The translations under genes were made by a program, and so were the position numbers. A DNA stretch of 63,048 nucleotides, counting the filler, from Candidatus Aminicenantales bacterium (GTDB taxonomy: Bacteria > Acidobacteriota > Aminicenantia > Aminicenantales > Saccharicenantaceae): NCBI GenBank assembly GCA_049512315.1. It is 3 parts of 3 records of this genome, joined end to end, with 100 filler letters (N's around TTAATTAATTAA, not from the genome) between each part and the next. Parts side by side here need not be neighbours in the genome. Positions count along the whole stretch, not along the records: positions 13,200 to 41,719 come from JBEKXF010000034.1; 2 more parts are not named here. One strand, written 5' to 3'. Each line of letters starts with the position of its first letter. Within the stretch, counting starts at the first letter, position 1. Of this stretch, positions 18,127 through 26,369 are shown piece by piece. The notes below the pieces were generated by a model that was given only the letters and a program-made list of their open reading frames with translations, was not told where the DNA came from and made no database searches.

Positions 18127-20994
18127 GTGGCCATCAAGTGTCCCAAGTGCCATTCTGACAACACCGATACGGCCCGGTTCTGTAGCAACTGTGCGACTTC
18201 GCTGGGTGCCCCCCGCGATCATGGACCGTCCCTCACGAAAACTCTGCAATCGCCCGCATATGTTGTAGCCCCCGGGACTGTTATCGCCGGCCATTATGAA
18301 GTCCTAGAAAAGCTCGGCCAGGGTGGGATGGGCGAGGTTTATCAGACTCTGGACAAGAATCTTGGCCGACAGGTGGCCATCAAGATCCTGCCGGAGGAGT
18401 TTTCGACGGACCCTGAGAGACTGGCGAGGTTCGAGCGGGAAGCCAAGCTCCTGGCGACGCTGAATCATCCCAATATCGCCGCCGTCTATGGTTTCGAAGA
18501 AGCAAAGGGGCTGCGGTTTCTGGTTTTGGAGCTGGTCGAAGGGGAGACGCTCCAAACGCATCTGGGCCGAGGCGTCCTGCCCATGGATGAGGCGCTGGAG
18601 ACTTGCCGGCAGGTCGCCGAGGGACTCGAAGCCGCCCATGAGAGGGGAGTCGTCCATCGGGATCTGAAGCCTGGGAATATCATGATCACCCCCGAGGGCA
18701 AGGTCAAGATCCTGGACTTCGGGTTGGCCAAAGCTTATACGGGTGAGTCCACGGGCATCGACATCGCTAATTCTCCGACGATCACGGCTCAGATGACCGA
18801 GCCGGGGGTCATCCTGGGGACCGCGGCATACATGAGCCCCGAGCAGGCCCGCGGGCGGTCCGTGGACAAGCGGGCCGATATTTGGGCCTTCGGTTGCATC
18901 CTCTACGAGTGCCTGACCGGGAAGAGGGCATTTCAGGGAGAAACAGTGTCCGATACCCTGGCCCATATCCTCAAGGGTGAACCGGATTGGAGATCGCTTC
19001 CAGCCGATACGCCTGCCAACGTGCGGGCTGTCCTGCGCCGGTGCCTTGAGAAGGATCCCAGGGAACGCTTTCACGACATCGCCGATGCCCGTATTGAAAT
19101 AAGAGAATCCGCGACCTTCCCTTTCGAAGCAATAAGCGTTTCCCGCCGGCCCTCACTTCTGTGGCTGGCTGCTTGTACCGCTGTTGCGCTTCTCGCGGGA
19201 ATCCTCATCGGGCCAGCGCTTATGAGGTATTTTCGGCCCGCCCCTTCCTCTTCGGTTGTCGCATCAACAATCAAGGTCGAGCCGAAACACTGGCTGGCCG
19301 GCATGCCCGAGGTCGAGGATCTGGGGCACCCGACCCGCACGGCTATAGCTATTTCCAGCGATGCCAGGTTCGTTGTCTATAGTGCAACAGAGGAGAATCC
19401 CGGCCCCCAGACGATGCCTCGGTTATACCTGCGAAGAATGGACCAATCGGAAGCTAAGCCCATCACCGGGACAAATGGTGGCATCAATCCCTTCTTCTCG
19501 CCTGACAACAGTTGGGTGGGATTCTGGGCGGACGGCAAGTTGAAGAAAGTTCCTATTGAAGGTGGTGTCCCGGCTACTTTGTGTGATGTTTCATTGCTCT
19601 TTGGCGCGAATTGGGGTCGTGATAACAGCATCGTGTTTTCAGACGGATCTTCCGCCGGGCTTTCGAGGGTTTCGGCTGAGGGCGGGAAGCCCGAGACCTT
19701 GACCAAGCCTGACCCGAAACGGGAGGAGGCAAGCCACCGCCTGCCATCCTGGCTTCCCGATAGGAAGGCCGTGGTGTTCACCGTGATGAGACAAGCCGGG
19801 GACCAACAACCCTGGCTTGCTCTGCTCAGACTGGATAAACGGGAGTGGCATGTCCTGTTACAGGACGGTGCAGATGCTAGGTACGTTCCCTCAGGACACC
19901 TGGTTTTCCTGCGGCAGGGGACGCTCATGGCCGTCCGATTTGATCTGGCCAGGTTGGAGGTCATCGGACAACCCTTCCCCCTCGTGGAAAACGTCGTGCA
20001 AGCCTTCAGCATAGATGGCAACAAAAACACTGGAGCCGGTCAAACCGGGATCTCAGATACCGGATCGCTCATATATGCACCAGGTGGCATTAGTCCGGAC
20101 CCGAGGAATTCGCTCGTGTGGGTGGATCAGAGAGGAGTAGAACAGCCGGTCACGGCCTTGCAGGCAGCTTTTTTCGCTCCGCGTCTCTCTCCTGACGGCC
20201 AAAGAATTGCCTATACCACTTATAGGCGAGAGAGGCCAGTCTGGGTTTATGACTTAGGCACGGGCACGAACTATAAGCTGACTGGCGAGGGAAGGTCGAG
20301 TTTTCCGATCTGGACTCCCGACGGCAAACGGCTTCTTTTTCCATGGCGAAAATCCCTGGAGTCGAACCTGTTCTGGCAGCCCTACGATGGAAGCTCCCCG
20401 ATGGAGCGCCTTGCCACAAATGAATCGGGCAAATCCCCGGGATCCTGGTCTGCAGATGGGAAAACGCTAGCTTTTGTGGAATTTCACCTAGATACCGGGA
20501 CGGATATTGGTATGTTGGACGTCGGCTCGGGCCGCGTGACGCCGTTCCTGAATTCACAATTCAATGAGATGCACCCCGAATTCTCGCCCGACGGCCGCTG
20601 GATAGCCTATGCATCTGATGAGTCAAAGCGCTACGAGGTCTACGTCCGGGCCTTCCCCGGCCCAGGAATGAAACAGCAGATATCGACCGAAGGGGGCGAC
20701 GAGCCGCTGTGGGCAAGAAACGGCAAACAGCTTTTCTATCGATGGGAGAATCAGGTGTGGGCCGTGAATGTCCGGACAGACGGCGGGTTCGCGACCGGCA
20801 AGCCGCGGCTGCTTTTTGAGAAACCCGGATACCTGGGCGGCGCGCCCATACGTGGCTATGACCTGTCCCTCGACTCGCAGCGATTTCTCATGGTCAAGCT
20901 CGACCAAAGAAAGCCTACGCCTGTCACCGAAATGATCCTTGTCCAGAACTGGTTCGAGGAACTCAAGCGGCTTGTCCCGGCTAGCAAGAAATAG
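18127..20994 (+). CDS. Zinc-ribbon Hanks-type Ser/Thr kinase with TM helix and PD40/TolB-like beta-propeller
   Basis: CPKC...FCSNC; LGQGGMG, HRDLKPGN, DFG, GTAAYMSPEQ; TM; repeated (F/W)SPDG motifs. Confidence 0.93.
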   Translation: MAIKCPKCHSDNTDTARFCSNCATSLGAPRDHGPSLTKTLQSPAYVVAPGTVIAGHYEVLEKLGQGGMGEVYQTLDKNLGRQVAIKILPEEFSTDPERLARFEREAKLLATLNHPNIAAVYGFEEAKGLRFLVLELVEGETLQTHLGRGVLPMDEALETCRQVAEGLEAAHERGVVHRDLKPGNIMITPEGKVKILDFGLAKAYTGESTGIDIANSPTITAQMTEPGVILGTAAYMSPEQARGRSVDKRADIWAFGCILYECLTGKRAFQGETVSDTLAHILKGEPDWRSLPADTPANVRAVLRRCLEKDPRERFHDIADARIEIRESATFPFEAISVSRRPSLLWLAACTAVALLAGILIGPALMRYFRPAPSSSVVASTIKVEPKHWLAGMPEVEDLGHPTRTAIAISSDARFVVYSATEENPGPQTMPRLYLRRMDQSEAKPITGTNGGINPFFSPDNSWVGFWADGKLKKVPIEGGVPATLCDVSLLFGANWGRDNSIVFSDGSSAGLSRVSAEGGKPETLTKPDPKREEASHRLPSWLPDRKAVVFTVMRQAGDQQPWLALLRLDKREWHVLLQDGADARYVPSGHLVFLRQGTLMAVRFDLARLEVIGQPFPLVENVVQAFSIDGNKNTGAGQTGISDTGSLIYAPGGISPDPRNSLVWVDQRGVEQPVTALQAAFFAPRLSPDGQRIAYTTYRRERPVWVYDLGTGTNYKLTGEGRSSFPIWTPDGKRLLFPWRKSLESNLFWQPYDGSSPMERLATNESGKSPGSWSADGKTLAFVEFHLDTGTDIGMLDVGSGRVTPFLNSQFNEMHPEFSPDGRWIAYASDESKRYEVYVRAFPGPGMKQQISTEGGDEPLWARNGKQLFYRWENQVWAVNVRTDGGFATGKPRLLFEKPGYLGGAPIRGYDLSLDSQRFLMVKLDQRKPTPVTEMILVQNWFEELKRLVPASKK

Positions 20995-20999
20995 TTCAG

Positions 21000-21081
21000 G
21001 CAGACCTCTCCCCGTGTCACAGCCATGTCACAAAAAATGCGTAAACGCGCTTAATTCTGACTAAAGGTGCGTAAAGGAAAA
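21000..21081 (+). repeat. Att-arm-like repeat, copy A
   Basis: GCAGACCTCTCC..TGTCACA-N4-TGTCACA..TGCGTAAACGCGCTTAATTCTGACTAA.GGTGCGTAAAGGAAAA; near-identical copy at 24311-24393. Confidence 0.9.
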
Positions 21082-21130
21082 CAAGACGTTTCCCCCTGAA
21101 AATGGGGTTTCCCCCATATGCACAGGAGGG

Positions 21131-21187
21131 TAGAGCGTTGGACTCCGGATCCAAAGGTCGGAGGTTCGAATCACCTCAGGTGCACCA
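21131..21187 (+). tRNA. 3' fragment of tRNA-Arg(CCG), att-like and degenerate
   Basis: TAGAGCG-TTGGA-CTCCGGA-TCCAA-AGGTC-GGAGG-TTCGAAT-CACCT-CAGGTGC-A-CCA; perfect anticodon stem, mismatched T-stem, no 5' acceptor strand. Confidence 0.85.
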
Positions 21188-21247
21188 GGTTTGACTTCCC
21201 GCCCATCCCTCTGTTAATCTGAGGCAAATTAGAGGAGGGAAACTCGC

Positions 21248-24088
21248 TTGGTCATCACGTGCCCGACCTGCCACTCTGAGAACCCTGATACCTCCCAGTT
21301 TTGCGGGAGCTGTGCGGCACCGCTTGGTGGGGGAGAGCAAAGTCCTTCCTTACTAACGAAAACTCTCCAGACGCCTGTCCAAGGGTTGACCAAGGGAAGC
21401 CTTATCGCCGGAAAATACAGGATCATCGATGAGACTGGCCGTGGCGGGATGGGAATCGTCTACAAGGCCGAGGACATCAAGCTCCAGCGCGCCGTCGCCC
21501 TGAAGTTTCTGCCAGAAGAGCTGGCCCACGACCACCAGGCCGTCGAGCGTTTCCAGCGCGAAGCACGGGCCGCCTCCGCACTGAATCATCCCCATATCTG
21601 CATCATCTACGACATCGATGAACATGAAGGAAAGCACTTCATCGCGCTCGAGTTTCTGGAGGGGAAGACGCTACGGGAATATCTGCTAGGCAAGCGGCTG
21701 GCCGTTGACCAAATCGTCGACCTTGCGATACAGGTCGCCGGGGGGCTGGAGGCCGCCCACGCCAAAGGGATCATCCATCGGGATATCAAGCCGGACAATA
21801 TTTTCATGACGGATTCGGGGCAGGCTAAGATTCTGGATTTCGGACTGGCCAAGCTTCTGCATGAGTGGAGGCCGAAAGCGGAGGAAAAGGTCGCCCTTGC
21901 CATGCCGACGATGACAGCGGAGGAATTCCTAACCAGCCCCGGTACCGCGGTCGGCACGGTGGCCTACATGTCGCCCGAACAGGCGCGGGGAGAAGAACTG
22001 GACGCCCGCACCGACCTCTTCTCCTTCGGCGTCGTCCTTTATGAGATGGCCACCGGCCAGCAAGCCTTCAGGGGCAACACGTCGGCGGTCATCTTCGACG
22101 CCATCCTCCATAAGGCGCCGACCTCCCCCGTCCGGCTGAACCCGGACCTTCCTCCGGAACTGGAACGGATCATCAATAAGGCCTTGGAGAAAGAACGCAA
22201 GCTGCGCTACCAGAGCGCCGGCGACCAACGGGTCGATCTCGAACGGCTGAAACGGGATTCCACGTCGGCCAGCATAGCTGCCATCGCTGAGGAACGAAAA
22301 GCATCGGCGCTTGACCTGGTGCCCGCGAGGCCGGGAAGACGCAAGTGGGTTTGGCGGGGAGTTGCAGCCGTTGCTGTCATCGCGCTCGCGGCAGTCGCGG
22401 CCGTGTTCCTGACTGGCCCAAAACATGCACGGGAGGGTGGGCCTCCCCGCGTGGCCAACGTGGTCAAGGTGACCACGGCCATGGGCGCCAAGGACTATCC
22501 GAGCTGGTCGCCCGACGGCCGGACTCTCGCTTATCAGTCGGACCAGGCCGGCAACTGGGACATCTGGGTCACCCAGGCGGGGAGCGGCCAGGCGGTCAAC
22601 CGGACGGCCGACAGCACGGCCGATGATCTCATGCCGGTCTGGTCGCCCGACGGCCAGTGGATCGCGTTCTTTTCCGATAGAGAGGGCGGGGGGTATTATG
22701 TCATGCCGGGGATGGGAGGGGTAGCGCGCAAGATCACCTCGTGGGATCCCGGCTCCTATTATCCCGATCCGGCCCAATGGTCTCCCGACAGCTCGCAGTT
22801 GGTGTTCGCGCGAGGCCAGCATGTCGGGCCGTGGCTCGAGTTCCTGACTTTGACCAGCCGGGCATCGAAAAGGTTGACGCTCCCGATTAGACCGACCAAT
22901 AATACGATCCTCGATATCAGCTGGTCCCCGGACGGCCGCTGGCTCGCCTACGGGCGGGCCCTCAGCCCCATCGCGGCGACCTCCGAGCTCTGGCTAACCT
23001 GCCTCTCTGATGGGCAGAGCTTCCAGCTCACGGACGGCACCAAGTGGGATCGCAGCCCGAGTTGGTCGCCGGACTCCCTCGGACTCTATTTCGTCTCGGA
23101 TCGCGGCGGGACGCCGGATCTGTGGAGGCTCACTCTCAGCGAGGACGGCCGGACCGGGACTGCGCCGCAGCAGGTCACCGCCGGGATCGAGATGACCCAT
23201 GCCGTGTTATCCGCGAACGGCAGAAAGCTGGTTTACATAAAGGGGCGGATCGTTCGGAACGCGTTTCGCGCTCCGCTACTGTCGAACCACCCGGTGACTT
23301 GGGCGGATACATCCCAACTGACCTATGACGAGGCACAGATCGAGTCCATTGATGTTTATCAGGACGGCCGAATCCTCGTCAGCTCGGACCGGTCGGGGAA
23401 CTGGGACGTGTATTCATTGTCCTCGGGCGGGGGGGAGCTCCAACAGCTCACCACCGACCCGGCCATCGATGCCGGCCCCAGGTGGAAGCCCGACGGAAGC
23501 GAGATCGTGTTCTATTCCTCCCGGACGGGGCATCGAGAGACCTGGATCATGGGTGCCGACGGTGGCCAAGCCAGGCAATTAACTCGCGGGGAAGCGGAAA
23601 GCTATTACCCGGCATGGTCGCCCGACGGGACGGAGATCGTCAACGAGGAGAACGGTCTTTCGGTCATCCCCGCTCAGGGGGGTCAGGGGCGACGGTTGAC
23701 GACCGAACGCAGGGACCTGCACCCGGACTGGTCGCCTGACGGCCGGTGGGTGGCGTTCGACTCGGGTCGCGACGGCATCCAGCGCCTGTGGCGCATCCCC
23801 GCATCCGGCGGGTCGCCGGAGCGGCTGACGGAAGGGCCGGGAACCCATCCCCGATGGTCGGCCGATGGGAAGCGCATCTATTTCATCGGGATAGGGAACC
23901 GATTGAACAATATCTGGGCCTTGTCTCTCGGCAACCGGGAGGAACGGCCCGTGACGGCTTTGACGGGCCGGAGAGGTGCGCTCGGGACCATCGGCCTGGC
24001 GGTCGACGATCGGTCCATCTATTTCACCTGGGAGGAAGCGCGCGGCGATATCTGGGTCGCGGATCTCGTTCCATCAGCGATGAAATGA
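21248..24088 (+). CDS. Zinc-ribbon Hanks-type Ser/Thr kinase with TM helix and PD40/TolB-like beta-propellers
   Basis: CPTC...FCGSC; GRGGMG, HRDIKPDN, DFG, GTVAYMSPEQ; TM; many PxWSPDG repeats. Confidence 0.93.
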   Translation: MVITCPTCHSENPDTSQFCGSCAAPLGGGEQSPSLLTKTLQTPVQGLTKGSLIAGKYRIIDETGRGGMGIVYKAEDIKLQRAVALKFLPEELAHDHQAVERFQREARAASALNHPHICIIYDIDEHEGKHFIALEFLEGKTLREYLLGKRLAVDQIVDLAIQVAGGLEAAHAKGIIHRDIKPDNIFMTDSGQAKILDFGLAKLLHEWRPKAEEKVALAMPTMTAEEFLTSPGTAVGTVAYMSPEQARGEELDARTDLFSFGVVLYEMATGQQAFRGNTSAVIFDAILHKAPTSPVRLNPDLPPELERIINKALEKERKLRYQSAGDQRVDLERLKRDSTSASIAAIAEERKASALDLVPARPGRRKWVWRGVAAVAVIALAAVAAVFLTGPKHAREGGPPRVANVVKVTTAMGAKDYPSWSPDGRTLAYQSDQAGNWDIWVTQAGSGQAVNRTADSTADDLMPVWSPDGQWIAFFSDREGGGYYVMPGMGGVARKITSWDPGSYYPDPAQWSPDSSQLVFARGQHVGPWLEFLTLTSRASKRLTLPIRPTNNTILDISWSPDGRWLAYGRALSPIAATSELWLTCLSDGQSFQLTDGTKWDRSPSWSPDSLGLYFVSDRGGTPDLWRLTLSEDGRTGTAPQQVTAGIEMTHAVLSANGRKLVYIKGRIVRNAFRAPLLSNHPVTWADTSQLTYDEAQIESIDVYQDGRILVSSDRSGNWDVYSLSSGGGELQQLTTDPAIDAGPRWKPDGSEIVFYSSRTGHRETWIMGADGGQARQLTRGEAESYYPAWSPDGTEIVNEENGLSVIPAQGGQGRRLTTERRDLHPDWSPDGRWVAFDSGRDGIQRLWRIPASGGSPERLTEGPGTHPRWSADGKRIYFIGIGNRLNNIWALSLGNREERPVTALTGRRGALGTIGLAVDDRSIYFTWEEARGDIWVADLVPSAMK

Positions 24089-24310
24089 ATCCATAAGGTT
24101 CCAAGCTACTGGCAAGAACGACAGCGCGGCCTTATAACCACGAAAGCCAGTCCGCCCCCCATTCACCACAGCCAGTTCCAGCACTCCCATCGTGGCGCCA
24201 TCCACGGGCCGCGCGTCTCAGCCGACCATAAGGCTCGGGAATGATGTCACCCATTACAAGATGACGATATCGCCGGCCGCCACCCTGGCCAAGAGGAGTG
24301 GGCTAGTGGA

Positions 24311-24393
24311 GCAGACCTCTCCATTTTGTCACAGATTTGTCACAAATTGTGCGTAAACGCGCTTAATTCTGACTAATGGTGCGTAAAGGAAAA
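24311..24393 (+). repeat. Att-arm-like repeat, copy B
   Basis: Homologous to 21000-21081; lies downstream of kinase 3 as copy A lies downstream of kinase 2. Confidence 0.9.
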
Positions 24394-24480
24394 TCGCAAA
24401 TCATATGGGGAAAACGTGGTTTTCCCCTGGAGGATGCCAGTTCTCGGATCGCATTCCTAATCCATGCCGGCCTTGCCAGC

Positions 24481-24526
24481 ACTGCCGAAGGCGGTGTGTC
24501 GCCTGTTCGAGTCAGGCCAGGGGCAC
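24481..24526 (+). tRNA. Degenerate tRNA 3' remnant (identity uncertain)
   Basis: ACTGC-CGAAG-GCGGT stem, GTGTC, perfect T-arm GCCTG-TTCGAGT-CAGGC, acceptor strand CAGGGGC-A. Confidence 0.65.
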
Positions 24527-24566
24527 TTGATACTTTCCCTAATAGCGACCGCAAGGATAAGCGGCC

Positions 24567-24770
24567 TTATCGCTTTTTTAATGAAGGGTCCGACAAGGGC
24601 AACCGCCAGATGCCGCCCTGCATAGTGCCCGCAAAAAGATAATCCCCGCTCACCGTGAGCGCATAGACCTGAACATATTTCAAGCCTGAATTGACCATGA
24701 CCCAGCTCTTCTTTTGATTCGAGGACATGAAAACCCCCGCGCCGTCGGTGCCGGCAAAGACTGGCGGGTT
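24567..24770 (-). pseudogene. C-terminal fragment of a BNR/VPS10-like beta-propeller protein
   Basis: VFAGTDGAGVFMSSN..SW...NSGL...VYAL...LFAGTMQGGIWRLPL pattern with no N-terminus. Confidence 0.6.
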
Positions 24771-24873
24771 CTCGCGGCTGACCTCGCCGCATTCATGAAG
24801 CAGGGGAGACACAGGAAAAAGAGCCGATGAACATTTGGCTGAGCCGGGCGCGGCAAGCGACGGGGAGGATATC

Positions 24874-25962
24874 ATGAAGGGTGTTTATCAGCGTGGCGAT
24901 CGGTGGTGGATTCGCTATCGATTCAACGGCAAGCTCATCCGTCAGCCCATCGGAGACCGGGTCCTGGCCGAGCGGACGATGGAGGAGATCCGTCGGCGCA
25001 TCGAATCAGGCCGGCATGAGGTCAAACTCAAGGACGAGCGGCGGACGTTCGCCGAGATGGTCGACGAATATCTCGCTGAGAAGGCGGACAAACGCTCGCT
25101 GGCGCGGGACAGGGCGAGTTTCAAGCACCTCGCGCCGTTCTTCGGGACCTCCTTCCTTCACAAGATCGGGAGGGGCGACGTCAAGGTCTACCAGACGAAA
25201 CGGAAGAAGGAGGTTTCGGGCGCGACCTCGAACCGAGAATTGGCGCTTCTCCGGCACCTCTTCAACATCGCCATCGAGAAGGGCTACACGCGGGACAACC
25301 CCGCCCGCGGCATCAAAATGTTCAAGGAGCGGAAATGCGAGCGGCGGACTTTTGTCTTCTCCGAAGACGAGCTCCAATCGCTTATGAACGCTACGGCATC
25401 CCACCTCCGGCCGATCCTGGCCGTGGCCGTCGGCACAGGGCTCCGGAAGGGGGACATCCTTGGCCTCCGCTGGAACCAGATCGACTTCGAGCACAATGTC
25501 ATCACGCTATTCATGCAGAAGACCGAGGACAGTATCGAGGTCCCCATGCTGCCGATGGTCCGCGAGGTTCTGTGGCGGATGAAGGGGACTGCCAGCGAGA
25601 CGCACTTCGTCTTCACCTATCACAAGGGTAAGAGAATCGGCGACATCAAGACGGCCGTCCGCGGGGCCTTGCGGCGCTCCGGGCTGGCTGCGAAAGGCTA
25701 CCGCTTCCATGACATCAGGAGGACGTTCGCGACGATGCTCCATATCCGCGGTGTCGATTTGACGAAGATCCAACGGCTCCTTGGCCATCAAAGCATTATC
25801 ACGACAGAAAGATACTTGGGAGTCAAATACGAGGAGACAGCTCAGGCGATCTCGGTACTCGACATTCCCTCGTTAAAAGCGCTTGCGGCACCACAAGTAG
25901 TCACATCGAGTGCAAAGCAGATCGCCACTCCAATAGAAACCGACGTATCAACAGTCAGTTGA
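24874..25962 (+). CDS. Phage-type tyrosine recombinase/integrase
   Basis: N-terminal arm-binding-like GVYQRGDRWWIRY; catalytic TGLRKGDI, RFHDIRRTFAT, LLGH, TTERY all intact; GGGGAGG RBS. Confidence 0.93.
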   Translation: MKGVYQRGDRWWIRYRFNGKLIRQPIGDRVLAERTMEEIRRRIESGRHEVKLKDERRTFAEMVDEYLAEKADKRSLARDRASFKHLAPFFGTSFLHKIGRGDVKVYQTKRKKEVSGATSNRELALLRHLFNIAIEKGYTRDNPARGIKMFKERKCERRTFVFSEDELQSLMNATASHLRPILAVAVGTGLRKGDILGLRWNQIDFEHNVITLFMQKTEDSIEVPMLPMVREVLWRMKGTASETHFVFTYHKGKRIGDIKTAVRGALRRSGLAAKGYRFHDIRRTFATMLHIRGVDLTKIQRLLGHQSIITTERYLGVKYEETAQAISVLDIPSLKALAAPQVVTSSAKQIATPIETDVSTVS

Positions 25963-26369
25963 AAAGCCAGACCGTTAGACTACGGAAGCGAAAGACCGGT
26001 TTCTCTTAACCTCCATAAAACAAAGTAGTAGTCAATCTTATCAGCAAGTTATAATTGATTTCTGGCGATGTGGAAGTATGCCAAAATATATAGAAATGTG
26101 CCTACTTTGGTCACAATTTGGGCACAGCTCGCCGGCAAAAAAACTATTCCTCCCAATGGGCCAAGATCTGTGGAGCAGATCATCCAAGGTCGGGTTCCCT
26201 TTGCTCGAACACCTTATCCGAGGCTGAACGTCTGTGTGGAATGGCTGCCGGCCGATGTTGCCTGATCATGTTTTCCCCGGTACCGGAATGGATTCATGAC
26301 TTATCTCCCATCTAAGCCCTACTCTAACAGGTTTCCCGGTTCCGGACAAAGTGAGCAAGCCCGCTCATC

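Noticed and set aside
21111..21187. Complete functional tRNA-Arg gene
   Set aside because: No 5' acceptor strand complementary to CAGGTGC, the D-arm is degenerate and the T-stem is mismatched.
24421..24526. Intron-containing tRNA-Arg(CCT)
   Set aside because: The insert is far too short for a group I intron and no D-arm is present. Two stacked remnants explain it better.
13200..26130. Classical integron or prophage
   Set aside because: No attC-like GTTRRRY hairpins were recognised, the integrase is phage-type with an arm-binding N-terminus rather than IntI-like, and there are no phage structural genes.
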